From an uncultured Pseudobdellovibrionaceae bacterium (GTDB lineage Bacteria > Bdellovibrionota > FAC87 > UBA2466), in the NCBI GenBank assembly GCA_964603655.1, contig CAZRVZ010000045.1, forward strand, positions 790 to 64,789: a DNA stretch of 64,000 nucleotides, written 5' to 3'. Both the position numbers and the translations under genes were made by a program. This document shows positions 51,801 to 59,139 of this stretch, piece after piece (position 1 is the first letter of the stretch; each line of letters starts with the position of its first letter). A model generated the notes under the pieces. It did not search any database. It was not told the origin of the DNA and saw nothing but the letters and a program-made list of their open reading frames with translations.

Positions 51801-53409
51801 AATACTTGGCCTTTCCGCTTTGCGTGCCCCTCAATACTCCGCCCAGACCGTGAACTTGGCCGCGGAGAAAGCAGCGGGTCGCCAAATAAATCAATCTTTT
51901 ACCCGACAGGCCAGCCGGGCCTTCGAGCTTACGCGCGACGGACAGATTCAGTCGCTACGGGATATCTCGGATGCCCTTCATTTTCCATTAGAATATTTCG
52001 ACCGCCCCGAGCTCGTGACCGGTGTACTCCACAGAATTGTTTCCTACAACGCTCGGGCGGAGCGCACATTAGCTAAACTTTATCAGGGTGCGTTCCACGA
52101 CTCGGTCGAAGATGCCCGTGTGGCACTGGTACTAGCTGATTCAAAAACTGCCAACATTACAGCCCGAATTACCGACCGGATTCGAACCTTACGTGAAGAG
52201 ATTTCGGGACGAATAGAGTTGTCCGAAAATCGGGCCATCCACGAAGAGGCTATCCGACGCCTTGAGAGAGCTCAGCACATTCTGGAATCCCCAGAAGGGA
52301 CTTTTCCGGCAAAGTACATTGCACCTAAAGTGTTTCCAGACGTTCCTCGCTCGCTCACAATATCCGAATCCTCTGCCGAAACTACTGAGTTGTTTAATAC
52401 CCATTGGGAAAACCTCATGAAAACACTGCCTGCCGAGAGACAGGCAGAACTGGGGCCACTCCTCGGTGCACTTCCAACCCAGAGTCTCAGTGGCGCTCGG
52501 CGCAATTTGTGGAAAGCGCTCGGGGCACAGCAGTTCGCTTTCGGCTCGCCGGAGCACCACCTTCAACGCAAAGCGCTTCGGCTTATTCATTCCCACTTTC
52601 TTGTCGAACAGGCAAAGCAGACCGGCTGCGTAGTAACCGATGCAGAGGTGACTTCCCTCTTTGATTCGCTGGTCCGCCACTATGTTGAGAGGGATTCCAT
52701 CCATTTTGAATTGTCAGTCGATGAAGCTGAGATTCTGATCTCGGCCAGTACCCGCTTGCGCACATCCCAGCTGGAATTTGGCAAAAATCATGAGCGCCTC
52801 GAGGAATTTTGGAAGGCACTCTCACTAGAGGGGCATTTAATAGGAAAGGGCGAAGGAAATATTTCCCAAGCACTGCACGACCAGCTCGCCCTTGCGGCGG
52901 AAACGGTCAAGGCAACACTGTATCCCGGCAAAGAGCTGTCTATTCGCCATTTCGGTTATTATGATTTGGAAACGCTCTTTCTGAGTAGCTATTCTCGTTT
53001 GCCGCTCGAGGTAGTGATCGAACCGGAGATTTTAGCCAATCGGAAACTAGTTTATCTGTTCCTGGACGGACCGGGAGTAAAGCGAGCATCGGAATTAAAG
53101 ACGAAAGGTGATTGGGTCATCGAACTCTTCACCGATGGCGCTCCATTTTCCGAAAAATTAGCCGAGACCGCCGAGTATCAGCTCGCTCAATACGAAATCT
53201 GGCGACGGCTTAAGTGGAATGCAGATCTTCCCCCGGGGCCGGCCAGAGACCGAGGTCAACAGATCCTGGAGCACGCGCTAGGCCGATTTGGCGCGTCTCC
53301 AAAGGTGGAACCCTCACTTCCAAAACTCGAGCGGCCACGACGAATTATCGTCCCCTCGGAGAATACACCCAAACCTCAGCGGCTGATTTTACCGAAGGAT
53401 TTTCAATAA
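42862..53409 (+). CDS. giant secreted hypothetical protein (3515 aa)
   Basis: Uninterrupted 10.5-kb ORF. Signal peptide MIRVLCTYLSVFLAMPPSVWA. Predominantly helical composition. Internal TM-hairpin-like pair near aa 2170-2230. A 15-bp repeat encodes STPELSTPELSAPELS. Preceded by a 247-bp AT-rich promoter region. Confidence 0.7.
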   Translation: MIRVLCTYLSVFLAMPPSVWAEPFDQMTQKAHIAQLESKAPSWNDERLKVYQAFLLASWKLSALLRDPRLGAIALIRESEDRVLLSAYKNCPSPWKEAPESSEINSTVTSLITNVQTALNALFENHVLEIGSVEIETAPEGPLTTPTVESDLNGAICIPATLISHSSTHDSLDSLIASTESAIQSVQRPIHTLLLSKVTHGGIVTNLEVRRWISWLVGLRELSAHTIHLQPNLPSNGGVQAARFSKKVGDKLSLAYRSAKNTLLTLGAAKNDLPRFEPCVGENQTSDFLCLIVPPPSALEQARDRIFHQARERAYDHGKGLEAMRRYSLIMKGVPERAVISLALGNENPELKLPACMGSSDGALMQDVYRESIQTAAKSRATNQFLQALDRVSAKYRDNSLAPPIPKTDEIYTEGHTIALSLFMTALQNQREASGRVASHLDTYNFRDFFHSQRFLDQFPDHLSGKLKLTLAFVNDELSELAPERRTAFLTGHITDTIRYVLHDSLLNFILVVASDLGIDEQAIAAEWERTFGAQWQSILEDPLLRADISQMAETVTAHINTSTTAQPTNTLEWSNQNLRTYVDALSEQAVRAAHADETYRFMESLSEWKNGGESVLSGPQTYYWNRSGIHFSPVELKPERPSDYRHLKEPLKSLAEAHRKALIDRLQSQGFNNEFVRARFALPTTDALADRILAYFDQLVAADPKKFEADRMQQRQQAFQPLLTWLNSPHARAQYDAAAGRLSTEILEADLRPFLEQVPSRESAQFTAWEAQLKAVLKTMSDTKTFRTPPDTETILKVNSRSDNRLRESISNLLREVTERGYFSDLETGLQKCLNEPEKCTSLLKSVQTILTNPALEQLYEWRVISHSLNHGINFLNYFGADGDVYAPPPVASPVPELVISLRAKLNDIWFGFPGSPPKHPSEHPLGLAKEVDALLVALSKSAHVNRTGELDGFHQSLLADFQPTISKTISEMHAFHRWHGHIKSLLPMLTVPVDRLTPALWEQARTLILNELSYLQGVRLPFLNAPSDLDSSRALLLDFSTYRSRLNHLARIVLNQGTDPAEIIHQAEDALRGLRAITKPTEMVQRRIRILGSQLSDAKKDLSAYSELRGLVRHYIPALAESKQALTMDMGSLGLTERWNAYFEDQLLDKNARVTLKDLNSLIAKSQFNQPVEPLDPLNKSTIETILKDSISYFTKLQADPLTESFFHREAIRHRIQGLPDYTLSHVPGNIAGPALFMAGLKVVHARLMPYLMPRGSTNEELYQKFVRASVSTGSATQLDNLIAILPSPREVTTSLLSEAQEILRALNDKNESAQTNFRAFARSLTDLSASRLSTPELSTPELSAPELSTSGFAPFLDSEGTEVSISSTGPHSELAFPKGIDTELSFLNRVISNLSVSHRSSLLSRAGVETPDTKSAAELLNRLSPNDRSRVYRHLLTEVERSISTHASISTNPVAKALFPQGDTQETLSPTWNADLERAIAFYEKKSSLLRKGQTPALTRLIALTLFEYLAPIGFRFSEKQLVQNAKIPIDVSRDQLSQAPTAVLNHFIQDVRYRYYQEVASKSGFSAFSKSTSIDDTNDITKIGPETATLRLLLRRTVIPLSYALAVISAESEALLPFWAKWKPGSTSHLAKDFTEWFSKLASLDSLRSSWGQPNSRGISSRHPSLSSFSKSKEYRHLMVHLVSLDANQTVSDGTGSYPALLAQLNWSINRSGRTFDRTARPIPAPPTFRELDYLVRHLIDVIGIDLKRFDSWRQLLDTHQGAPPELWALASRSLRDSISEVGQGGFLGVKIAAPQSESPHTLFGNHGYIPYPVVNASERELFCATDDLTDWLGRAEQRLHPPHTQWLRFERDASISQKSRLDNEVRGQKEYSLYHEIAQIESDDMVGLQDTIDGNPTIRNRFQSRWDRWNALPFGTAVLPAVELNSLQAQLAKDNISSKQSELERIFRVREALVDFRRTLNEINLQEGVNWWRESRNLFTGDLENQLNLALAQFGKQIATEGWTDRFPRFPQFPMAGRNSKGTFAERRRSSIGSAIFHASRAVHDTLYKGRSPEDTARVRKILGVMDTHFTRSVEVGSVRKTLETTAKNLDETLARLCLADFSAIHSNDDFKRSKDSILASGLPFFDSHQQQLFTDSQMLPSGSQETHNRLITLSQEISDRAKLMKNIEWGFNALMVVSLVALVAGKSSPSLSHWVLATGARRTTAAVAASLVTILWVGIEANGYAEDFHVVPQDLRDKLHIRDSQFSGNNTFLSPQNAAALFDAIRTNDQAQVSGFRWTFRVLAALAGFQLLRPWLKAALGGPGYLQKVIRHDFRGIANSRLRHDLLTLGQGKFPNAIAHLEQLSPMEAQEKVVGAYLAELGATRTGSGVYRISNTTARRLSEDATRQLKQLSKQLGIDPNDFGALSDESLNLLSPKRVMEERAKSLPRLRDLRYWAGRFSGNTTFHQDELMDGVLAIVGVQSSITSRYVPLWLRFFGVEYPTPTSLSLSKLQRLNQAQLDILSYYHPRVRYALAQLSEASGRTIQPWEIFVPSKMASWTAPKPMRMLLGSVKTRAVSASNAFLDRAPYLYESPESRALVSRQLQREVFETALLETGESPIASSLPSEILDQAARLRLEYGRTRFNLLVEEYLIAEGLSLPSHEKTQLELLGQLVGWDASARDLILIHIRSKNPRQSVTETDIQEVIVAMIDPKHPRFAELNRVLPKTESEFHPGTDAPFTETDLIDGPLDLSEHALKLRTILKDYHPDTRLLQAIARSDYSQMASALTARRVAQFTSQTMGTPDAAADTMAEPGGEGSPREPESPVRPSVRPAPKPKMDLASIPPPRNEAEILKERLADLEKGILPTDVREPHRLISKHNLFQVVDRTLLVAHAPSHKNHIVINLFAEGVRPEGIDSALGELITHGLATDEIIAAYRYASDSLRTLEIIAQATEAGVVQPSEKTQLFEWCVKMYLGHPEKLAARAMTPSESASILGLSALRAPQYSAQTVNLAAEKAAGRQINQSFTRQASRAFELTRDGQIQSLRDISDALHFPLEYFDRPELVTGVLHRIVSYNARAERTLAKLYQGAFHDSVEDARVALVLADSKTANITARITDRIRTLREEISGRIELSENRAIHEEAIRRLERAQHILESPEGTFPAKYIAPKVFPDVPRSLTISESSAETTELFNTHWENLMKTLPAERQAELGPLLGALPTQSLSGARRNLWKALGAQQFAFGSPEHHLQRKALRLIHSHFLVEQAKQTGCVVTDAEVTSLFDSLVRHYVERDSIHFELSVDEAEILISASTRLRTSQLEFGKNHERLEEFWKALSLEGHLIGKGEGNISQALHDQLALAAETVKATLYPGKELSIRHFGYYDLETLFLSSYSRLPLEVVIEPEILANRKLVYLFLDGPGVKRASELKTKGDWVIELFTDGAPFSEKLAETAEYQLAQYEIWRRLKWNADLPPGPARDRGQQILEHALGRFGASPKVEPSLPKLERPRRIIVPSENTPKPQRLILPKDFQ
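46864..46920. repeat. 15-bp tandem repeat (about 3.7 copies, gagctgagtactccg) inside the giant gene
   Basis: Direct repeats seen in the sequence. They encode (STPEL)n. Confidence 0.75.
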
Positions 53410-53717
53410 TCCAACAGCCTCTGTTGAATGCCGAAACACCTGGATGCGAATACAGCACCGCCAACTATTTGATAGGACGCCGATTATTAAATAATTGTTA
53501 GTGCGCGATCTAGCATACGACAGATCGAGTGCCGTCCACTACCGTAGACTAGGCAGTAGAATTACTTGGCACTGCCATTGCAGTAATAAAATATTGAGAA
53601 TTTATTTCGGTGCTCTAAAGCATTTTTGAGCTGAGCGACACTTGAAGCAGACCGTATGTGACACTGTTCCTGAGTAGCGTGCGTAGCACCGGATTTAGTT
53701 TGGTCCCCTATCCCCCA

Positions 53718-53805
53718 TGAATTGGTGAATTGGTACCAGGTACCTTTCAGGACTGCATTATTTAACACAGTCCTGAAAGGTACCTGGTACCAATTCACCA
53801 ATTCA
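53718..53805. repeat. perfect 38-bp inverted repeat (12-nt loop), hairpin/cruciform and likely bidirectional terminator
   Basis: tgaattggtgaattggtaccaggtacctttcaggactg ...cattatttaaca... cagtcctgaaaggtacctggtaccaattcaccaattca. It abuts the ppsR stop. A T-run (cttttt) follows 14 nt downstream on the plus strand. Confidence 0.8.
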
Positions 53806-53810
53806 CTAAT

Positions 53811-54641
53811 TCACCTCACTTTTTCGGGGAAACTATTGCGAATTACCTTCTCGACTTCGGCGGCAGTTTCCTCAAGTGCTTTTCCGGTAACATCGAACAC
53901 AGGCCAACGGCGATTCTTCTTAAATACCTCTTTGCAATATTCGATCTCTTCCACTACATGGTCCAAATTCGCGTACTTGGCCTCTGGGTCCTCGCCCATC
54001 TTTACCAAGCGCTCTCGGCGAATGCGCACCAGCGTATTGGCGTCGATGATAAGGCCGACCACCTTTTTTTGATCGATCTGGCCTAACGCCTCGGGTAGCG
54101 GAATTCCGTTCACTAACGGAACATTGGCGACCTTCCACCCTTTGTAGGACAGGTAGATGGAAAGTGGAGTCTTACTCGTCCGGGAAAGCCCTACCAAAAC
54201 AATATCGGCGGCCTGAAGGTTATCGGGATATCTGCCATCGTCGTGTTTTACGGTGAACTCGATGGCCTCAATTCGTCTGAAATAGTACTCGTTCACCTGA
54301 TGAAAAAGCCCCGGCTGAGAGTAGGGATCCTTTGTGAGATAGCGGCCGAGCACCTCAAGCACCGGCCCCAGAAGATCGACGCTGGGAACTCCTGATTGAG
54401 AGGACAATCCCGCGATAAATGTTCTTAAGGAATCGGAAACCACCGTATACACGATGATCGCCTTGGTCTGGTGAGCCTCTTCAAAAATGCTGGCAACCTG
54501 AGCCTCGGTTCGGATGTTCTTGTACCTGGCAATTTTTAGGCCTTCGCGCACATACTGCACCAGAGCCGCCTTAATCATCTGATCGGCTGTTTCGCCGGTA
54601 CCGTCGGACAGAACAAATACCGTAAGTCCTTCACTCATCAT
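53811..54641 (-). CDS. ppsR: PEP synthetase/pyruvate-phosphate dikinase regulatory protein (PSRP, DUF299)
   Basis: FVLSDGTGETA N-terminus and the P-loop-like GLSRTSKTPLS, typical of the kinase/pyrophosphorylase YdiA family. Confidence 0.8.
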   Translation of the reverse strand: MMSEGLTVFVLSDGTGETADQMIKAALVQYVREGLKIARYKNIRTEAQVASIFEEAHQTKAIIVYTVVSDSLRTFIAGLSSQSGVPSVDLLGPVLEVLGRYLTKDPYSQPGLFHQVNEYYFRRIEAIEFTVKHDDGRYPDNLQAADIVLVGLSRTSKTPLSIYLSYKGWKVANVPLVNGIPLPEALGQIDQKKVVGLIIDANTLVRIRRERLVKMGEDPEAKYANLDHVVEEIEYCKEVFKKNRRWPVFDVTGKALEETAAEVEKVIRNSFPEKVR

Positions 54642-55600
54642 TCACACTCACCATTCACACTCATACTGGCATACTCATACTGGAGCCTCTCGCCCCTGGC
54701 AAAACGAATCGCCTCGCTTATACAAATTGCAGACATTCTCGAACGCGCGCTCAAAGTGGCCGACCCAATATGCGGAAGACACAAAGCGTTTGGCATCTGA
54801 GTCAGCGCTCTTTCAATATGCGGTTCAAACTCATACACATCCAGTCCAGCATAGAAAGTAGGCATCTTTTTCAAATGCGCTGCCAGCGCTCGCTCGTCGA
54901 CAATAGGACCGCGCGCCGCATTAATCAAGATCGCCCGGGGATTCATAATTCTGAGCTCCTTGGCGCCAATATAATGATGGGTCGACGCGTTGAGGGGGCA
55001 GTGAATCGATACAATATCACTTTCTTTCAATAGTTTTTCCTTGGAAATGTGCCGATAACGACACCGCTGCTTAGGGCCCGTGTAGAAAACTTCGGCACCA
55101 AATGCCTCAAGCCGTCTGGCAACTGCCCTTCCGATACGCCCTAAACCCACTAGCCCGACAGTCGCCCCTTGAAGTTCTACACCTAAGAAATCATTCGGAC
55201 CGAATCCCACGAACTTTCTATCGCCTGTTAGCCGCATCGCCGCCGGCAATCGACGAGCACACGCCAGAATCAACGTCAGGGTCAAATCGGCCGTCGCATC
55301 GGTCAGGACATTGGGGGTGTACGTGAGTCGGATTCCACGCCGCTTAAGCAGCGCGACGTCAATGTGGTCCAAACCAACGGAAAACGAAAAAATTGCTTTG
55401 AGTCGATTGGCCGATGCGATGGCCTTCGAATCAATTCGATCGGTAACCGTAACAACAGCTGTATCGGCGGTGTTTAAGAGCGCCCTGAGCTCGAGAGATG
55501 AAAGCGGCCGACCCTTCTCCACCTCGACAACCTTGTCATAATAGGGTGCCAACTGAATTATGGGCTCCGCCGGGAATTTTCGCGATAACACGATTCGCAT
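54638..55600 (-). CDS. D-isomer-specific 2-hydroxyacid dehydrogenase (glyoxylate/hydroxypyruvate reductase-like)
   Basis: NAD-binding GLVGLGRIGRAVARRLEAFG. Catalytic R...E...H pattern. Confidence 0.8.
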   Translation of the reverse strand: MRIVLSRKFPAEPIIQLAPYYDKVVEVEKGRPLSSLELRALLNTADTAVVTVTDRIDSKAIASANRLKAIFSFSVGLDHIDVALLKRRGIRLTYTPNVLTDATADLTLTLILACARRLPAAMRLTGDRKFVGFGPNDFLGVELQGATVGLVGLGRIGRAVARRLEAFGAEVFYTGPKQRCRYRHISKEKLLKESDIVSIHCPLNASTHHYIGAKELRIMNPRAILINAARGPIVDERALAAHLKKMPTFYAGLDVYEFEPHIERALTQMPNALCLPHIGSATLSARSRMSAICISEAIRFARGERLQYEYASMSVNGECE

Positions 55601-55611
55601 GGGTTCACGGA

Positions 55612-56868
55612 TTAACGTTTGAGTTGATTGGCATCGGAGCGCATGATCTTAATTCTAAACCAGGTACCGTCCTCTAGGAACTTGGTTTCGAGTACCTTCG
55701 ATATCTCATAGATACGCGACTGCAACTCAGAGTCACGATAGGGAACCACAAACTCCATTTCGATCATATCGCGCTCAAAAAAACCGTAAATCGCGTCCCG
55801 CAGGCGTTTCATATCCTCCGGCGAAAAAGATGAAACGGCGAGACTGTCGATATACTTTCGCTCAACTATTTTAGGAAGAAAAATGTCCTTAACCTTATCG
55901 GCCTTATTGAACACCAGAAATCCAGGCTTTTCTCCGGCACCAATTTCAGCTAGTACCTCTTCCGTCACCGCCATCTGTTCTTTAAAACATGACGCAGAGA
56001 GATCGACGACATGTAGCAGAATATCGGCGTCGATCACCTCGGCAAGAGTTGATTTAAATGAGGCGACTAGGGAATGCGGCAATTTCTTGATAAAACCGAC
56101 GGTATCGCTTAGCAAAATGGGCGGACGCGTTTTCGGATCAATAACTCTAACGGTCGAATCCAGTGTCGCAAATAATCTGTCGTCGACGTAAACCTCTCCG
56201 ACCGTCAATCGATTCATGAGAGTCGATTTTCCGGCGTTGGTGTAGCCAACGATAGCGACTCTGAGAAACCTGTCGCGGTGGTGGCGCTGAACCGCTCTTT
56301 GCTCCGAGAGCGTTTCCAGTTCTCCCTTCAGTCTGGCGATTCTGGAGCGGACCTGGCGCCGATCGAGCTCAATTTGACGCTCCCCCACGCCACGCAGTCC
56401 GATTCCGCCCCGTTGCCGTTCCAGATGGGTCCAGCGGCGGGACAAATGCGTGGATAGATATTCCAAGGTAGCCATTTCGACCTGCGTTTTAGCCTCCCTG
56501 GTCCTCGCATGCTTGGAAAATATGTCCAGAATAATGCCGGTGCGATCGATAACTCGGCATTCGGTTCCGTTCTCGAAGTTCTTCTGCTGAGTTCCGCTGA
56601 GCTCACCGTCAAAAACCACAAGATTAGCATTGTTCTGGGTAATGGCTTCCAGGATCTCAGCAACTTTACCCGAGCCGACATAGGTCGAGGGGTCTGGTCG
56701 ATTCCGCTTTTGGATAAACCGCGCGATAACCTTTCCACCGACCGTCTGTACCAGGCGCTCGAGCTCCTCCAGACTGTTAGCTACCTCATCATCGGTCTGT
56801 TCAGGGAATTGAACGGCGACAGCGATGGCGCGCTCCTCTTCGACATTTTGACGATATCTTTGCTTCAT
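55612..56868 (-). CDS. hflX: GTPase HflX
   Basis: HflX N-domain plus G domain (AIVGYTNAGKSTLMNRLT, DTVGF, NKAD). Likely start is MKQRYRQN at 56868, not the upstream in-frame ATG at 56955. Confidence 0.85.
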   Translation of the reverse strand: MKQRYRQNVEEERAIAVAVQFPEQTDDEVANSLEELERLVQTVGGKVIARFIQKRNRPDPSTYVGSGKVAEILEAITQNNANLVVFDGELSGTQQKNFENGTECRVIDRTGIILDIFSKHARTREAKTQVEMATLEYLSTHLSRRWTHLERQRGGIGLRGVGERQIELDRRQVRSRIARLKGELETLSEQRAVQRHHRDRFLRVAIVGYTNAGKSTLMNRLTVGEVYVDDRLFATLDSTVRVIDPKTRPPILLSDTVGFIKKLPHSLVASFKSTLAEVIDADILLHVVDLSASCFKEQMAVTEEVLAEIGAGEKPGFLVFNKADKVKDIFLPKIVERKYIDSLAVSSFSPEDMKRLRDAIYGFFERDMIEMEFVVPYRDSELQSRIYEISKVLETKFLEDGTWFRIKIMRSDANQLKR

Positions 56869-56871
56869 TAA

Positions 56872-57053
56872 GGGCTCGCCCAAAAATAACTTTACATTTT
56901 GGCGCGCAGATTGGGGGCAGATTTGGACGAGCCGATTGAACGAAACGGGAAGCATACCTCAGGCGGTATGTTAAGCGTTTCGTGAAAGAGGGTCGTTCAA
57001 AGATGGCTCCAAGATGCGATGTCCAAAATGTAAAGTTATTCTTGGGCTAGCCC
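56872..57053. repeat. 182-bp imperfect palindromic element with 31-bp terminal inverted repeats (MITE-like or structured sRNA locus)
   Basis: gggctcgcccaaaaataactttacattttgg (56872-56902) pairs with its reverse complement at 57023-57053, with 2 mismatches. Nested inner IRs acgaaacg/cgtttcgt and catacc/ggtatg share one symmetry centre at 56961.5. Confidence 0.6.
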
Positions 57054-57086
57054 TAAGGCAATGTTTCAATCACGCTATAAAACAAT

Positions 57087-57491
57087 CTACGATTCATTAA
57101 CGTGGACTAACGCCGAAACCAAGGATAACTCCGTTTTAAATAATAACGACCGAATACCCTCCAGTGCTTGGGAATTCTCGGACATGAACAATAGTTTTTT
57201 CCACTCGTTTTTCACTGCGGACGCAGCTACGAGTTCGATTCCCAACGCCGGAGCCTCCCCAATCTTCTCCAGACACAGCAGCGCAAATGGCAATCGCCGC
57301 ATCGTAGGCACAAACACAGGACCTGCATCACCATTCATCACAAAGCGCGATAGCGTGCCGCCCATCTGCCAATCGATCAGGTGCAGATCTCTTCCATGAA
57401 TGGGGAGACTTCCTACGCGACGCGTAAATCCGATCCATACGCAGTCCCACGCGGTTAGAAGAGAATCTCTCTCGAGAGAATCAACTTTCAC
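57087..57491 (-). CDS. hypothetical protein
   Basis: 134-aa ORF co-directional with nusB and hflX. Preferred over the overlapping plus-strand 112-aa low-complexity ORF. Confidence 0.3.
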   Translation of the reverse strand: MKVDSLERDSLLTAWDCVWIGFTRRVGSLPIHGRDLHLIDWQMGGTLSRFVMNGDAGPVFVPTMRRLPFALLCLEKIGEAPALGIELVAASAVKNEWKKLLFMSENSQALEGIRSLLFKTELSLVSALVHVNES

Positions 57492-57913
57492 GGCACCTTG
57501 TTGGGTTGCGGGTGTTTGAGGCGAACAGAATCTAATACTGCGTTGACGAATTTCGGTGTATCCACCTCGCCGAAACTTTTGGAAAGCTCTATCATTTCAT
57601 TAATGGTAACCGCGGCTGGTATATCATCGCAATACAGAATCTCAAAGACTCCAAGTCTTAAGATATTGCGATCGACTCGGGCCATTCTATCCACTCTCCA
57701 CCCAGTCGCTGCGCCATTGATAATTTCATCGACGGCCTTTACGTTCTCAACAACACAGGCGATCAGCCGTTCCACAAAGCTCGTCTCAGCCCCGTGCGTG
57801 TCGAAGTTAAGCCTAAAATATTCAAGGCCGGTCTGAACCGTCAGCTCCTGACTATCAAGTTGGTAAAGAACCTGCAGTACCTGCGAACGACTTGTGTGGC
57901 GAGTGCTTTTCAC
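57488..57913 (-). CDS. nusB: transcription antitermination factor NusB
   Basis: [20 protein letters not shown]...[29 protein letters not shown]. Confidence 0.8.
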   Translation of the reverse strand: MKSTRHTSRSQVLQVLYQLDSQELTVQTGLEYFRLNFDTHGAETSFVERLIACVVENVKAVDEIINGAATGWRVDRMARVDRNILRLGVFEILYCDDIPAAVTINEMIELSKSFGEVDTPKFVNAVLDSVRLKHPQPNKVP

Positions 57914-59139
57914 AGCTCTGCGTATATGGGAAAGCGGAGACAGACATCAGCGATCTCCTGCCTCATGCTCATTACATTTACTGGCGTTGTCAGAACCCGG
58001 AAGATCGCATCGGATAGCCACCGCATCTCATCCCCCCCCAATCCACGAGCCGTAATCGACGGCGTGCCTAAGCGAATCCCGCTGGTGACGAACGGACTCT
58101 CCGTTTCGAAGGGAACCGTGTTCTTGTTCACCGCGAGGCCCACCTCATCTAACATCCCTTCCGCGACCTTTCCGTTCATTTTTTTGGTCCTCAAATCAAC
58201 AAGCATGAGGTGATTATCGGTGCCCCCGCTGACCAACTCGAATCCCTTTTCCACCAGTCCGCCCGCAAGTATTTTAGCGTTTTCCACCACTCGCTTTTGG
58301 TATTCTTTGAACTCCGGCTTTAGTGCCTCGCCAAGCGCCACCGCCTTTGCGGCGATTACGTGCATCAGTGGGCCACCCTGAATCCCGGGGAAGATTTTTG
58401 AATTTACTTTTTTGGCAAACTCCTCCCGACACAAAATAAGCCCGCCCCGCGGACCCCGGAGTGTTTTGTGAGTCGTCGTAGTTACAAAATCAGCATGTGG
58501 AATTGGAGACGGGTGCAGCCCCGCCGCTACCAAACCGGCGATATGAGCCATGTCCACCATGAGGAATGCCCCAACTTCGCGAGCTATCTGACCGAATTTC
58601 TCAAAATCTATGATGCGCGGGTAGGCGCTTGCTCCGGCGACAATCAGACGTGGCCTGTGCTTGATAGCCAGCGCACGCAATTCGTCATAATCAATTCGGC
58701 AATCGCCCGGACGAACTCCATAGGGAACTATCTGAAACAGCAAACCCGAAAAATTGACGGGACTGCCGTGTGTTAAATGGCCTCCGTGGGAAAGATTCAT
58801 ACCCAAAATCGTGTCACCGGGCTTTAACACCGAAAGGTAGACCGCCATGTTCGCCTGTGAACCCGAGTGCGGCTGCACATTGACATGTTCACAGCCAAAT
58901 AATTTTTTGGCACGCGCGATCGCTATCAACTCGACTTCATCGACAAATTGGCAACCGCCATAATAGCGTTTTCCCGGATAACCTTCCGCATACTTGTTAG
59001 TCAAAACACTGCCTTGCGCCTCGAGCACTTCGCGGGAGACGATGTTTTCGCTCGGGATCAATTCCAGCGTAGTCCGTTGGCGATCCAGTTCGCGGTCCAT
59101 AGAGGCAAATACCTCTGGGTCTAATTTCCTGATGCTCAT
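57910..59139 (-). CDS. glyA: serine hydroxymethyltransferase
   Basis: PLP-binding region [14 protein letters not shown] and a full-length GlyA match. Confidence 0.9.
   Translation of the reverse strand: MSIRKLDPEVFASMDRELDRQRTTLELIPSENIVSREVLEAQGSVLTNKYAEGYPGKRYYGGCQFVDEVELIAIARAKKLFGCEHVNVQPHSGSQANMAVYLSVLKPGDTILGMNLSHGGHLTHGSPVNFSGLLFQIVPYGVRPGDCRIDYDELRALAIKHRPRLIVAGASAYPRIIDFEKFGQIAREVGAFLMVDMAHIAGLVAAGLHPSPIPHADFVTTTTHKTLRGPRGGLILCREEFAKKVNSKIFPGIQGGPLMHVIAAKAVALGEALKPEFKEYQKRVVENAKILAGGLVEKGFELVSGGTDNHLMLVDLRTKKMNGKVAEGMLDEVGLAVNKNTVPFETESPFVTSGIRLGTPSITARGLGGDEMRWLSDAIFRVLTTPVNVMSMRQEIADVCLRFPIYAEL

Noticed and set aside
42876-53400. Numerous 60-170-aa ORFs on both strands inside the giant gene (e.g. 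52189..52704, 48934..49272)
   Set aside because: All are nested within the continuous 3515-codon frame, which has a consistent composition. They are treated as antisense or out-of-frame noise.
53562-54072. Two mirrored ORFs (79 and 116 aa) both beginning MVNWYQVPFRT
   Set aside because: They are artefacts of the perfect 38-bp inverted repeat, which reads the same on both strands. They have no coding signal, and one overlaps ppsR.
54641-54700. cattcacactca direct repeats resembling the aattcacc repeats next to the palindrome
   Set aside because: They fall within the 3' coding end of the 2-hydroxyacid dehydrogenase gene (...SMSVNGECE). The similarity is short and probably coincidental.
57061-57399. 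Plus-strand 112-aa ORF between hflX and nusB
   Set aside because: Ser-rich low-complexity product antisense to the operon direction. The overlapping minus-strand ORF (57087..57491) is more plausible, though itself low confidence.
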